Shown one piece after another: positions 1 through 14,846 of a DNA stretch of 64,000 bases. This DNA is from the human T2T-CHM13v2.0 reference genome, Homo sapiens. The stretch lies in the NCBI RefSeq assembly GCF_009914755.1, contig NC_060936.1. One strand, written 5' to 3'. The stretch's first letter is position 1. Every line of letters begins with the position of its first letter. The position numbers were made by a program, and so were the translations under genes. The notes beneath the pieces were generated by a model. That model saw only the letters and a list, made by a program, of their open reading frames with translations, searched no databases and was not told the origin of the DNA.

Positions 1-80
1 GAATTCCTGACCTCAAGTGATCTGCATGCCTTGGCTTCTTAAAGTGCTAGGATTATAGGCATGAGCCACCGCACCTGGCC
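1..80 (-). mobile_element. Alu 5' portion, cut by window edge
   Basis: cctgacctcaagtgatc...ggattataggcatgagccaccgcacctggcc is the reverse complement of the Alu left-arm start. Confidence 0.9.
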
Positions 81-1325
81 CAAACCTTTAGCTTTGTCTT
101 ATTTAATTTAAAACAATCCTTTAACCCTCTAAACTGGGTAAAAATTTACATTCCTATGCCTTCTTATAATTTTTTTTTACCAAAAGCATATTTCACTTTC
201 CTTACACACCTTGAATATAAAACTGTTTTTTCAGTATCTCAATTACATGTGATAATGGTAACTCTTAGCAACTTTTATTTTTGGTGCATAAATTTCCTTT
301 CACAAGTCTTTTCATGACTTGCACAGATCATCTACAACATCCTTGGACTTTCTCACTTGTCCTAAACATCCCTTTTTTAAACTAGTTATTTTACTTTAGG
401 ACAAGAATTTACCATACAAGATCCTTTCTTTCATAAAATTTCTTTTCTTTATAATCTTCTTTGCATAGCTAAGGGGCATGGCTAATTCCACATGTTCCCA
501 GGCCTTATCTAGAATCTAATGTCTCCAAGGTAGGTAAATTGAACAATTTTCAAAAGTCAAAGCAGTTTATGACCTTAAAGCATTTAGCAAACCTAATATC
601 TGACCTGCCTAATTTAGAACAAAAGTCTTTATTTTACCAATAATCTTTTAAACTTTTTATTTCCCAAAGATTACTAAGGTTACATGAACTAAAAAGCCTT
701 AAAATTTTTATTTTTCTTTCAAAAAATTTTCTTTAAATGCTTATTTTTCTTTAAGCCAATTCGTTAGAGCTCTTTTATATAAACATCACACATACAACAT
801 ATATATAACTATACAGATAGACAGAAGAAGATCCAGTAGTTGTAAGATTTTTCCTTTGCCAGTTTTTAAGTTTTTTAACTGGATTACTGGCTTTAGGGTG
901 GAGTCCTTGGAGAGACAGGACCAGGAAAGCATGCAGTTTCTACAGCCCAATATAATAAACAGACACAGCTGGAAGGCAAATCAGATCTCCAGAAAGTAAG
1001 GGTCCCATTCCCATTTTTATAACAGATCCTGGATCCCAAAAAGAGGGGATCAGCTCATCTCCCATGGGATTCTTATCTCTCAGTTGGGGGTGGGGACATT
1101 TCCATAATTTCTAGGTGGCCAAGAGCATGCTTCTCTTATCCAAACATGCAGAGCTAAGTATCTCCCCATAATCGCCATTAGCTAACCCCAAAAGTATATT
1201 TCCAACCTAGTTACTACATACCAAACCTCTCTTATAATGCAAAGTAATTTCTGATACCCCCCAAAGTCAAAAACGTCAGATAATGCCATGCAAAAGAGAA
1301 CAGAGCCTTAGATTTTTGAGAGGGA
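81..1325 (-). mobile_element. ERV1-class (MER4-group-like) internal fragment
   Basis: T-rich sequence with motifs recalled from MER4-group internal consensus (aaacatcacacatacaacat...gaagaagatccagtagttgtaagatt); subfamily uncertain. Confidence 0.5.
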
Positions 1326-1329
1326 ACTG

Positions 1330-1800
1330 TCAGGTGGCTAGAATACAGTAAGCCAGGAGTAAACTGTCAGAGATGAAGAAAGAGAGGTAGCCAGGAGACT
1401 AGTCAGAGACAGCCTTGTGACCACTGCAAAGACCATGGATTTTATTCTAAATGTGACATAAAGGTATTGAAAAGATTTGAGCACAGGATCAACATGATAC
1501 TACTTATATTTTAAGAGGATGACTGTCACTGTTATGACTTTAGGAGGAAGCAGGGAGTTGGGGGAAGAGAAGAAACAGATGAATCAGGAGGCACAGTGCA
1601 GCAACAAGAGATGAAAGGTAACAGTGGCTTGGACTACAATGGTAGTGGGAGAAGGTGAATACATGGTCAGATTCAATAATTAGTTTTGAAGTTAATGCCA
1701 ATAGGATTAGGAGATGGGTTTGATACAGGCTGTGGTAGAAAGAAAGGAGTCCAGGATAATGTCAAGGTTTTATGTCACGGGAAGAAGGAGAAGGTTCCAT
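1330..1800 (-). mobile_element. L2 fragment
   Basis: ggattttattctaaatgtga...aagatttgagca...acatgat...tattttaagaggat, typical of antisense L2. Confidence 0.65.
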
Positions 1801-1975
1801 TTAGGTAACAATATGTAATAGCAGCATGTTGCAACCCACACATATTTTATTAAAGAGTTCATGAATTCTGTTAACTTAGGATCCTTCTGCTCTAAAGGCT
1901 AACATCATCCTTCCAGCTCCCAGGGAAACACTTCTCTATATCACTTGCCCCATATCCTTGTAAGTTTCTGACTGT

Positions 1976-2190
1976 CATGTCCAACCTGCAGCCCATGGGC
2001 CACAAGTAGCCCAGGATGGTTTTGAATGCAGCCCAACACAAATTCATAAACTTTCCTGAAATATTATGAAATTTTTTGTGATTTTTTTTTACCTTATCAG
2101 CTATTGTTAGTGTTTCACGTATTTTATATGTGACCCAAGATAATTCTTCTTCTAATGTGGCCCAGGGAAGCCAAAAGATTGGACACCCCA
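1976..2190 (-). mobile_element. MER30 (hAT-Charlie) DNA transposon
   Basis: tccaacctgcagcccatgggcc...tggcccagggaagccaaaagattggacacccc matches the MER30 consensus in reverse. Confidence 0.85.
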
Positions 2191-3912
2191 GTACAGGTTG
2201 CACCATTGCCAACACTGGAGATTAACACTGCTTTGAGTAAGAAGATGATTTGAGCAGTAGAAACACTTGGGTGAGACAGAAAACCAAATGAGCATGTCAC
2301 ACCTTTTTTCTACATAAATGACATCATTTCCCAGTAGTACTGAGCATCAAGTTTCTTGCTTCTCATGATATTCCAATTTGTGACCTTGGAGATGCTTACC
2401 AATGAGCTATTCAAGATAATGATATAACTATTCGACTTAATAATTCAATGAGATAACAATTCAAAAAGCATATGGCTTCTGAAGAAAACAATTTGTAACT
2501 TAAAAAAATCACATTACTTTTAAATTTATATATGTAGGTCTCAGTCTAACTAATGTGTGAAATGTAATATTGATTCTTAACACTGATAATAAGATGAACA
2601 CTGAACATTAGATTTGCAAAAAGCTTTACTTCTATAAAATATTTGATAAATGTGATTAACTTTTCAAAAAACTAAATTTAAATACATGAAAATTAGGAGA
2701 TGAAGGCAGAGTCATGCAGAATGAAGTTTTGAACACGAGCTCTGTTAAGGGATCAGTTGCATTTTCTTACTGGTAGGGAATCAGCCTACCTCAGACACCT
2801 GGGCATCAATCCACTGGTGTGAATGTTTTTGGAGAGGGACAAGTTTTATTTAAATAATTTTAAAATTTTGTTATATATTTTGTTATGATAATCACATGTA
2901 TTTATATTTTGGCTTTCAATTTTGTAGGTTATTTTAAATAGAAGAAATAACTTTTTTGAAAACACACCAAAATAATTTTAATTTTATAATTTTGACATTT
3001 ACTCTAATATATTTTTATAAGATACATTCAATTTTATATCCACTAAATATATTTTATTAATTCTTTAGATCATTAATGGCAATGTAACACACATTCGATG
3101 AAAAACTCATTATAACATAACAAATGATTTTGCAAAGCCAAGAAAAATCTATTTTATAGAATGACTATATAAAAATGTACATACTAACATATAACAATGT
3201 ATGAATTATATATATATATTATTTTCAACCTGTAAGTTAAATGTTTAATAATACTTGTTCAATTCCATTTAATAATCTTTGTTATTTTGCCAATGAAAGC
3301 AATGCATTTACTCATATTTTTATTCTGTCTGATATTATAATAGTATTTTTGACAAGGAAGTAGGAGAGAACATCTTTTATTTGACCAGGGTTAGCTTGAT
3401 TTATAACTTCTTAAACATTTGGTATTTGGGTATTGGTGCTCTTGCCTAGACCCTATAAATATTCCAGACAGCTTCGTTGTTCACAGAGAAGACTGTGATT
3501 AACTCTGTCTGGAGGGTCAGAGAAAGCTTCACTCAGGAGGTGCTGTCAGTCTGGAGGTTCAGAGAAAGCTTCACCGAGGATAGGGTCATGAAGGGCAGTT
3601 AGGAGCTCATCAGTAGGTGAGCTCTCCATCAGACTATGGAAGAAGGGCATTCAGAGCACAAGAACAGCACATGCAAAGCTGGGTGGCCATGTTCTGTGAA
3701 ATGCAGTACGTTTGACCTAGTTGGATATAAAGTTATGTGGGGCTAGGGGAATGGTTGGGCATGGAGCTAGAAATACGACTCAGAGAAAGACATCTTTTGC
3801 TCTCCAGGAGTTTGAAAGGAGTCTGGTGGCAGTCATGGTGCATATCTTAGGAAATACTTTGAGTGACAGATCCTGATACAGATCTTTGCTATTCTACCCA
3901 GCCTAGGATCTT

Positions 3913-4007
3913 TCGTTTTGTGTATTTTTTGAGACAGGGTCTTGCTCTGTTGCCCAGGCTGGAGTGCAGTGGCATGATTTCTGCTCACTGCAACCTCCGT
4001 TTTCCAT
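3913..4007 (-). mobile_element. Severely 5'-truncated Alu (~70 bp plus tail) with TSD
   Basis: Alu 3' end gagacagggtcttgctctgttgcccaggctgg; TSD agccYaggatctt at 3900-3912 and 4008-4020. Confidence 0.85.
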
Positions 4008-4079
4008 AGCCCAGGATCTTAAACCAAGTAAATTCTTGGAATATTTGCTGAATTGAAGTGAAAAAAATTACATATTTGA

Positions 4080-4424
<345 letters not shown>

Positions 4425-5614
4425 TAGTTGAAGCCTTGCAAACAATAAAATATTAATTAAAATTAACATAATAAATTATGATTATCACCAATAATATTAA
4501 TAACAGCCTTGTCAATAAACTAGCACATGATGATCAGTATATTACATGCTCTAGATGAATTATCTTTCTTTTTTTTCCCAGCTAATAAAATGATCACAAA
4601 TACATGAAATATCTCTTAATTCTCACATGAATGCTGATATAGATGGGCTATCAAGGGACAGTGAGATGAATTCACCTGCCCTGATACAGCTAATAAGTGA
4701 CAGACCAGAAGTCTAAACTCAGGTTGGCTTGGATCTAGAAAGATTTGGAAGGTGTCCCCCCTCCTCCCACTCCCTCCCCACAAGGAACAGGCAGTGCTTT
4801 TAAAATAGTTCAAAGGATTGTAATCGCCCTCAAAATGCACCACTTTGTGGGGTTTTTTTTTTCTCCTGGCAACTTTACAAGGTTTGCACAATGGCCACAT
4901 CTATATGATAAACAGATGGAGCATGCACTGTTTCCATCGGTGAAACACACAATGGATTGGTACTGGGGTTTCTGTGGGAGGTGAAGGGACTCGCCAGCCA
5001 ATAAGAGAACACAGATATTCAACTGACAGAGCTAGGGGACAAGGGTTTCCTTTTGCAGGATTCCTAAGTGCTGTCAGTAAGAATCTATTTGCCCCATCAA
5101 GGGATCAGTTGAGAGACACCTTTTCCCCCAAACTGGAAGTACTGGAATCTATTAGAAATGTTTAGAAGAATGTAACTATTAAGAGAAGGGAAAGAATTAC
5201 TTCATGGTATACAAAAATTTGATGAAGAGATTTCCTTACAGGTGAATCTCAGTTACTTGGAGCCAGATGATAGGAGAGTTTGCTGAAGAAAGATGAGGGA
5301 GCTGGGCCACCAGCTATGGTTTTGCAGGTTGTTCACTGCACAAGGGTACCTGGCTGGAATAGCAAGTGAGACCAAAACCCAGCAAGCACTCTGCTTGCCA
5401 ACTCATCCACACTGGTGCAGGGTTTCATCTGCCCAGGAGAAGGGAAACTTTGCTTGAATATGTATATATTCACCAAATGTACTAGTGGCAGCCCAGCCCT
5501 AGAGTGCCTCCTCTTTAAGGGTGCCAGTGGTGACATTATGCATTCCTCCTCAGTCTTCCAAATCTCCACCACGACTTGGAGCATTTGAGAGACTATATAG
5601 AGTAGTAGCCTCTA

Positions 5615-6395
5615 GCAGTGCACTACCAAGTTCAGTAGCCACTAGTCACGTGTGGCTTTTGAACAGTTGGAATGTGGCTGTTGCAAATTGAGATATAAAA
5701 TACACACCACGTATGTAAAATGTAAAATACACACCAGATTTTAAAGACTTTATATGAAAAAAGAATAAAAAGTATTCATTAATAATTTGATTACATGTTA
5801 AAATGAAATATTTTTATATATTAGATTAAACATTATTAAAATTAATTTCACATCTTTTTACTTTTTAAATGCAGCTATTAGAAATTTTGAAATTCTCTAT
5901 TTGGCTTACATTATACAGTTGACCTTTAAACAACACAAGTTTGAGTTACTCAGGCTCACTCATGCATAGATTTTCTTCCACCTCTGCCGCCCCTCAGACA
6001 GCAAGACCAATCCCTCCTCTTCCTCCCCCTCCTCCTCCTCCTCAGGTTACTCAGTGTGAAGACAATGAAGATGAAGACCTTTATGGTGATCCACTTTCAC
6101 TTAATGAATAGTAAATATATTTTCTTTTCCTTATGATTTTTTTAATGACATTTTCTTTTCTCTAGCTTACTTTACCCTAAGAATACAGTACATAATACAT
6201 ATAACATATAAAATATGTGTCCATCAACTGTTTTTATTATTATAAGGCTTCTGGTCAACAGTAGGCTATTAGTAATTAGGTTTTGGGGGGTCAGAAGTTA
6301 CATATGGTTTTCAACTCTGCAGGGTGGGGGTACCTTGGTGCCCCTAACCCCCACGTTGTTTGAGGGTCAACTGCATTTCACTTGGACAACATCGC
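5615..6395. mobile_element. MER33 (hAT-Charlie), interrupted by Tigger2a
   Basis: gtagccactagtcacgtgtggc...aaaatacacaccagatttt...ggcttacatta; terminus resumes after 6373 (tttcacttggacaaca). Confidence 0.75.
5916..6373. mobile_element. Tigger2a/MER28 (TcMar-Tigger) non-autonomous element
   Basis: TIRs cagttgacctttaaacaac ... gttgtttgagggtcaactg; preceded by TA and followed by CA (mutated TA TSD). Confidence 0.9.
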
Positions 6396-6469
6396 ACTAG
6401 AGTCAGGCAGAGGTGGTTTAAACCCCCACCCATCCACTTATCAGCACTGCTTCTTCAGGCAAGTTTCTT

Positions 6470-6779
6470 TGTTTGTTTGTTTGTTGGTTTCTCAAGACAG
6501 AGTCTCACTCTGTCTGGAGTGCAGACTGGAGTGCAGTGGCGTGATCTCAGTTCACTGAAACCTCTGCCTCCCGGGTTGAAGCGATTCTCCTGCCTCAGCC
6601 TCTCAAGTAGCTGGGACTACATGTGCACACCAACACACCTGGCTAATTTTTGTATTTTCAGTAGAGATGGGGTTTCGCCATGTGGGCCAGGCTGGTTTCA
6701 AACTCCTGACCTCTAGTGATCCACCCTCCTTGTCCTCCCAAAGTGCTGGGATTACAGGCATGAACCACCGTGCTCGGCC
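6470..6779 (-). mobile_element. AluS, full length, (TTTG)n tail
   Basis: 16-bp TSD ttcaggcaagtttctt at 6454-6469 and 6780-6795. Confidence 0.95.
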
Positions 6780-7058
6780 TTCAGGCAAGTTTCTTAAGTG
6801 TTTATTTTCTGTAAACATGACTTCATAAACTTACAGAGTTGTTCTAAAGATTAAATGAGGTAATGCATGCATCCTGACACTGCACTAGCACGTAAACATT
6901 ATTATTAAAGTGTTCCGGTCACAGTTCCCCCAAAGAGAGGGACAGGAGACACAAGTGGATACTCCCAGCATTCCAATGCACAGGTACAAATTGAGGACCA
7001 GAATCAAGCCATAGCCTTTATACAAGGAAGGAGATCTTGCAAAGGGCCTTACCTTTGA

Positions 7059-7353
<295 letters not shown>

Positions 7354-8719
7354 CTGTTTTTCTCTTTTCAGAAATCCTGCCTTTGTTCCCTAGAAGCCTG
7401 CTCTCTAAGGACTCTAAGGAAGCATTCTTGCTGGAGTCATCTGGAGCCACCTATCTATGCCACTCTGCCCCATGGGGCCCTACATGGTAAGGTGCTCAGG
7501 GCAGTGATGTAGCTCTGTTTTCTTCACTAGGCTCTACACTGGGGCTCAGTTCTAGGTGATGTGTTTTCAGGAGCACTGTTTTTTGTTTGTAAACATACTG
7601 CCCTTTTCCCCTCGTAGGAGACTGAAAAGAAAACAAACAAACAAAACCCAACAAGCTGCTCTGCAACCACAATACTCACCGCTACGTGTGTATCCAGCTT
7701 GTTCTTGGACAGGTAAAGGTAGGAGGGAATGTTCATAGTTTTCATTTTTGCAAAAGCCTCAAAGATCTGTATAAATCCTTGGTCCAGACATGTTTCTTTG
7801 TGGGCACATTGACAACGTTTCGATTCATAAATGAGGAAGCGAGGACAGATGTGTTAATCTGAATGCTCAGCTTCTGAACAAGACTGAATATTCGTTCATC
7901 TACTCATTCTACATTTCAGAGGGGTTCACACCAGATTTCCAGGGGCGCACAAGTTGCAACCTGAGTCAATTCCTTTGATCACAACTGTCATTTTTCTCTC
8001 AACCCCAACCTTAGGTGGCTCAGTCATTTGTTCGTTCACTTTCCCGCTAAGGCTTGTCCCTGGAATGCCACAGCTGCAGAGTTCCCCACATAAACAAGGC
8101 TTCTAACTAACTGATACACTCAAAACTTACTGATAAAGAAAGCAGCAATAGCCTATGCTTGAAGATGACAAAAAGAAAAAATAAAAATAAGGAAAAGAAA
8201 TAGTAATGAAAACAAGAGGAGGGTGTCACTGTCTGCTGATTGGATCTGCACCCAGAGAGCCATGCACTTTTCTGAGTTTTAAAATTTTCCAACCCAAATC
8301 AGCACAAACTGTTAAGCTTTGTGCTGAAGATTGTGGGGACAGGAAGTTAGAATAAAAGGCAAGTGATGAATATCATTTATTTAAGAAATCTGGACTCAAC
8401 TGACCATCATGATCGTTGTCAGTTTTGCACCATAAAAATATTTAGTCAAAAGGTTTCTGCCCTGTTCCTGTTTCTTTTTGCCCCTTCACGATTCCATTCT
8501 GTTTCCAGTATTTCACTAGCTGGGAAATTTTATTTTTGAGTTCTGAAAACAGAGAGGCATGGTCTCCAAGCCATAGGTTGATTTTCATTGGGAAAATGTT
8601 GAATGAATGTTTGGTAGGCTCACGACACGAAATGAAAGGAGATGCAAAGATAAATGAATGTTGCATGTGCCTTCACGGCATTTCAGTCTAGAGGAAGAGC
8701 TTAGATGTATATTTAATCA

Positions 8720-9620
8720 CCCACAAACATTTATTAAATGCTTACTTGGCTTACTACATGCCAAGCATGTTCTCAGTATCGGGAACAAAGCAAAGACATT
8801 GCTATCATGTGGCTCATACTCTGGAAGAAGGAGACAAACAGTAAAGAAATAACTATAATGTGCCTGATATTATAGTACCAACTTAGTGCTGTTCACCAAA
8901 TAATTCTGGCTCTCCCCCTTGCTGGGCACATGGTGACATCACTCTTCCCTTCCCTTTTTGAAGTTAGGTGTGACTTGTTATGACCAATGACACAGGAGCA
9001 GAAATCACATATATCACTTGCAGGCAGAGGCTTTAAGAGTCAGTGCACAACCCACCACATATCCCATCACCACTGCTGCGGTAATTGCAGAAACACGTGT
9101 TAAATGAAGCCTCGTCACTCTTCAACCCTGGGCCATTACCATGATCAGAGGCTCCTGCTGACCTTCAGTAGACATGTAGTGTGAGCAAGACAAATGTTTG
9201 CTTTTTTAGCCACTCACATTTGAGGATTATCAGTTACCCACAACATAGATCTTTTCTGAGAAGATGGGTTGGCTAAGTACTCTGCAGAAAAACCAAGCAG
9301 GGTTAAGGATATAAAGGAATGGGGTGAGAGGAAGTGGTTCCTATATCAAATAGGGTGGTTAGGGAGGTCCTCTCTGATAAATTAATATTTGGGCAGAGAT
9401 ATGAAAGAAATCAGAGTGCCAGCCATGAGGATTTCTGGCTGAAGAACATCTCAGGCAGATAAATAGGCAAGCACAAATGTCCTGAGACAGGAGCATGCTT
9501 GCAATGTGTGATGAGACCAGTGTGGCCAAAGCACAATGTGAATGGAGGAGAGTGGTAGGAAATGAATTTGGAAAGGTTGGTGGGCATAACAGAGGAGGGC
9601 TTTATGGTCTGCATGTGGTA
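8720..9620 (-). mobile_element. L2 fragment interrupted by an MLT1-type MaLR LTR (~8885-9245)
   Basis: acatttattaaatgcttact... and agggtggttagggaggtcctctctga (L2); tgaagttaggtgtgac...ccaatga...ctttaagagtcagtg (MLT1). Confidence 0.6.
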
Positions 9621-9789
9621 TATGTTAAGATCAAGTGTGACGTGAAGTCAGAGGCGTGTGAGATGACAGTAGATGAACAGCATTTGAGCTGGTCATCTTT
9701 GATGCTTATCACTACCTCATCGTTTATGTCTAACTCATCATCAAATCCTAATGATCTCTTGGATCTCTTCCCTCTGCCCTGCCCTTGTC

Positions 9790-10410
9790 AGCCCCACAGC
9801 CACCACTTTGGTTCCAGGCTTATTAGCCTTTACCTGAACCATTGCAGTAGCTCTCTAACTGACCAAGTCCTTTCATTCTTAGAGCCCTCAAATGAATCTA
9901 ATCTATTACAGCCACTGCCTCCAGGAATGAATCCTTTAATAACTCAAAACTGATCAAGTTACACAGCCCCAGTTATAACACATCCATGGCTCCACACTCC
10001 CTAATGAAAAACAAAACAAACCCAACTATTTAGCACAGAATGCGAGACTCTTCCTATGAAAACCTACAAGTCCCCCTCTCCAGTCTTGACCTCACCATCA
10101 CTCTTTCTTCCTCATCTCCAGAATTCTCTCACTCCTTCAGCTTCCTACACATCACTTTGTTTCATACCTTCGTGTCTTTGCACTCATTCCCTTGGCCTCT
10201 CCAGATCCTTATCTGCCAGCATCACTCAAAACCCTGTTTCATCATGGCCTCCTTTGCAAAACTTCCTGTGGCACTGATCCAATGAGGTTCCCCTCTCCTT
10301 TACCTTAGCATTTTAAAGACTACATCCATGGCTGCACGTATGACCTAGTATACATTACCTGTTTACGTGGCTGCTCCTCTTCCAGTGTGTATGTTCTTTG
10401 AGAATGGAAA
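9790..10410 (+). mobile_element. L2 fragment
   Basis: acctgaaccattgcagtagctctctaactg...atccatggctccacac pattern of sense L2. Confidence 0.5.
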
Positions 10411-12177
10411 CGTGTGATTCACTTCTGTTATCAGGGGCAGGGCCTGTACAGTTCTTCCTCCACCATGGGGTGATTGTGATGTCTCCTTCAAAAGCACCCT
10501 CTGAGTTTCCAGACCTTGCCTCCAAACCTGTTGTCTCCCAAACCTGTTGCCCATGCTTTGCTTCTAACTTTTGGTTTTATTCTCTGTTAAATGCTTTGGA
10601 CTTAATATTTTCAACCCTTCCACATTTCCACCCTCAGGCTTTGCACTGGACACCCAAAACATACCACCTGGGGCCTGCTTGGATCAATCCTGGTACCTGG
10701 ACCACTTCCAGAGCCGAGGTCCTATTTGCAGTCCAGTAGTTGGGCATTGCACACTGCTGTATACAACAGCTGCTTCACACAGGACTGCAGAACTGAACTG
10801 CCCTCATGTTGCTTCACCTTCTGTCTTCTTCACTGTGCACTGGCTTAAGAAAATAGCAGAGCTTTCTCCAATTCTCCCCCAAGCTGACTCAACATAAAGC
10901 AAAGTTTCAAAAGGTTTGAAAGGTGAGTGGCAGCAGCTTCCTATAGCAGTTTGGGTGGTCCCACCAGGGCCCATCAAACTTACCTTACCTACCTTTCTTT
11001 ATCTCCACCCACCCTGGTGCCTTTCTACCTTGAGTTGCTGGAAATGCCTTCAGAGCCCCCACATAGGAATAGAGTTTGTAGAATTTGTCCAAGCCTGTCT
11101 GAAATAGGGGTATGGAAACCACAAGAATGAAGTTGTGGTTTTTTTTAAAAATACTTGGCAATTCTTCCCAAATATGCATTCTGATATGGGTGAGGAGACA
11201 GAATGAGATCCTTGTCAGACTCTGTTATGTCAGCATGAATCTCCTCCTAGGGCCATTTTGCCTCAAAGAGTATGTTTTGAGTCTTTTTGTCCTGGAAAAA
11301 CCCACAGGAGCTGTGAGTAAGGATGGTGGCATGCAGGGGCCCAGGTGTGGGCTGGAACACTTCTTGCTGCCAGCTCCAGAGTTCCTGGGAAAGCAGTATG
11401 ATAGTGGTAGGAAGAATTTCTAGGCAATACTGCTTTCAGGGAATAAAGGTGAAAGTGAAGGGAAAATTAAGCTCACAAATGAAAATGAAAGATAAAGTAG
11501 CCTTTCTTTTCTCTGGCCTGATTAAGCTCAGTACTCTTTCGTTGATGAAAAGAGGATCCAACATGAGGATTTTAAGCTTGTGCTGTCCATGGTGGCTTCA
11601 TATCTAGAAGGTATTTTTAATAAAAGGAGTGCTCAGATCACTGGCTAGAAGAAAGAGCACCCAAGCACATCAGAGATGTCATGGTTAGTCCCAGATCTCA
11701 CAAAGGGAACCAAAGGATTGACCAACCCCACACAGGTCAGGTCTCTTATGTTTGAAGCCTTCACAGTGGCCTAAAAACATCTGCATGAAGCCTCCAAATG
11801 GTAGACAACTGGATGCTTGATATCTCCTCTATTTTCTTATTTTGGCATAGATTAATGGCTTATGATATTGCATCACATTGGTTTATTAAAACCAGAACTA
11901 ACTTCCCTTTAATTTTAATTATGAGTGAGGTTTATTCAGAGACCATTGCGAATGGGTAGGAATCAACTACAAAAGTGTAAAACCTGTTTTCAGATAGAAG
12001 CCCCTTGCTCCCAATGTTGGAAATAAGGTCCTAATCCCAAAGTTAGGTAATTTTCAGGTCACCCCAGTGACCACTGGAGAGACAAGAGAAGCCAGGGAGA
12101 GAGTTTCTCTGAGAATCAGTCAGAAGTCTAGGCCTGTGTCTCTCAACCTTGATTGTATAGTAAGATCTCCAGGGAGG

Positions 12178-12224
12178 TTTTTTTTGTTTTTTTGTTTTTT
12201 TGTTTTTGTTTTTTTTTTTGGTTT

Positions 12225-12275
<51 letters not shown>
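12178..12275. repeat. T-rich tract followed by (TG)~23 microsatellite
   Basis: Direct reading; perfect TG run 12229-12275. Confidence 0.97.
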
Positions 12276-12277
<2 letters not shown>

Positions 12278-12657
12278 AATTCCCAGAGACGGCAGACAAG
12301 CTCAAGAGGTCTTCAGGTGGAAAACTAGAGCCATTACCTGAGTAGCTGTAATGCAGCTGCTGCCTCAACTCTGTGGTAAAAGGGAGATATTAAAGATATT
12401 GGATCAAATATTTCACCCCCTGCAGAGAAGTCTTCATGCTGCCTACGAAGTCTTCTCTTGCTTAAAGGTGCTTCCCCACTCCCCAGAATACAAAGTCCAA
12501 TGCATAGCATCTCTGAGAATCAGGCCTCTTTCTCCTGTTCCCGGCTTCCCAAGAATTCCACCATTCCAGTTTTTTTCTAGGTATCTAACCTTATCTACAT
12601 AGCCATGTATCTGAGTGATGGCTGACTCCATCCCTATATCAAAGTAAGTGTCTAAGC

Positions 12658-12879
12658 CAGATGTTGGCAAACTATGGCCCTTGGGCCAAATCCAATCTGC
12701 CACTTGTTTTTGAAAATAAAGTTTTATTGGAACACAGTCATGCTCTTTCATGTACACATTACCTATGGCAGTTTTTGCACTACATCAGCAGAGTTGAGTA
12801 GTTGCAACATATGATATGGTCCAGAAAACATAAAATATTTATTGTTTAGCTTTTTATAGAAAGTGCTTGTGAATCCTGG
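12658..12879. mobile_element. MER58A (hAT-Charlie)
   Basis: ttggcaaactatggccc...aaataaagttttattggaacacagtcatgc...gcagagttgagtagttgcaaca. Confidence 0.85.
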
Positions 12880-14846
12880 TCTAAGTCTTTTTGCTCAGAG
12901 ACAGATTTAGAAGTGACAACATGAGCTATTTCAGGCCAACCAAGTATGATGAGATGTCTGCTACAGTTTCCTAAAAAGACAGAACAGGAAAAGAGAGCCC
13001 TGTCCATCTTCTGACCATTGCTATGTCTGGATATGAGAGTCAACCCCTTGAAGACTCCTTGAAGAGGAGGTGTTGAAAGAACTTACGTCCTTGATGACAC
13101 TGTTGAGTCTCTCAATCATCCAACTTTGCAGAATTCCCCACTCTAGACTTCTTAATATCTGACATACTAACTACCTGTATTGCTCAAATCAGTTTCTGAT
13201 GGGGTGCAATATTATTTGCATGTTAAATATCCTGAGTCAAATATAAATTACTAAACTTGACTCCAAGAGAAATATTAAGCTAAAAAATACTAATACACAT
13301 TTAAAAATTTCGTAGATAGATCATTGTCAATAATCTAACTACAAAACAAGGAACAGATTCATAGAGTATACCAAGCCCTCAAAGAACAAATAACTTATTT
13401 TACACAACAGTTATAGAAACTATAAAAGGGAGATGCTCTCCATATCCTTTTTATGAAGCTAGAAAAACTTTGATATTAAAAGTGCATAAGGGCAGTATAG
13501 TATGAGAAAAAATGTATAATAGACATAGCTATGAACATAGGTACACAAACTTTTCATAACACCTAATATCTGTTACTTTTTAACCAAAGAAAGTAAGGAA
13601 GCAAAAGAGAGGGAGAAGAGAGAAAAAGAGAGAGAGAGAAAGATAAAAAGAGAAAGAAGGAAAAAAGCAAGCAAGAAAAAAAATTTAATAAATTTGCAAT
13701 AAAAAGACATTTTCTTAATCTGATATAAGTACCTGTCAACAACCTAAAGCAGATGTCATACTAAACGTGAAAATCAAAAGCGTTACCTTTAAAGTTAGGA
13801 ACATAGTAAAGAAACTATTACTGCTTCTATTCAGGACAAAAATACAGAAACAGAAAAAAATAAGAGAGTGATAAGAACTGAAAAAGTGAAACAATATGTT
13901 CAATATTAGCTGGTGATATTGTTGTCTACATAAAAAATTGAAGATATTCCACAATTGGATTAATCAAAGTAATGATGGCTCCTCAAAGTTTCTGGATAGA
14001 AAAGCAATATACAAAAACAATAGCTTTGCTATACCTAATAAACATACATTTAGAAAATGAAACTAAAGAAAAGCTCCCATTCACAATGACGGCAAAAAAA
14101 GGAACATATAAATTTTTAAAAAGATGTACAACATTGTAATAAAAATATAAATATGTATTAAAATACTTAAACAACAAATAAATGAAAAATTATAGAATGC
14201 TAATAGTTAGAAAGACTCAATGCCGTAAACATGATAATTTTTCCCAAATTAACCTATAAATCTAATTAAAGTTCAACAGGATTTTTGCTGAACTTGACAA
14301 GCTAATCCTAAAATTCACATAGAAGAATAAAAGATCAAGAGTCATCAAGAAAACTTTGAAAAATAAAAAAAAGAAGGGAGACACCTTGCCCTCTCAAATA
14401 TCAGGATTTGTTATAGAGTTTTAGTGTTTAAAACAATGTGATACTATCTTGAGGATAAACAGATGGACTCATGCAACAGAAACAAACATTCACATTTAGA
14501 GAATGCGGTACATGTAGTTCTGGTGTCGGGGGCCCTTGAAAGAGGCAAAATAAATAGTGGGAAAAGAATGAGCTATCTAATAAATGAGGCTGAGAACACT
14601 GGCTATACTTATGGTTTAAAAAAAAATCCTACGAAACCTTTATATGAAAAAGAATTCCTGGTTAATTAAGGCCCTAAGTATGAAATGCAAATGTTCCATA
14701 TTATGAGATAACAATATTGAGGATATAAACATAGGAAAATCTTTATGATCTTGAAGTAGGGAAGAATTTCCTAAATAAAACATAAAATTTACCTTATTAA
14801 AGCAATTAAAAATTTTTAGATGGCAAAGACTGTCTGAACAAAATTT

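Noticed and set aside
2800-3460. Very AT-rich block, possibly a decayed hAT element
   Set aside because: Could not identify termini or family with confidence
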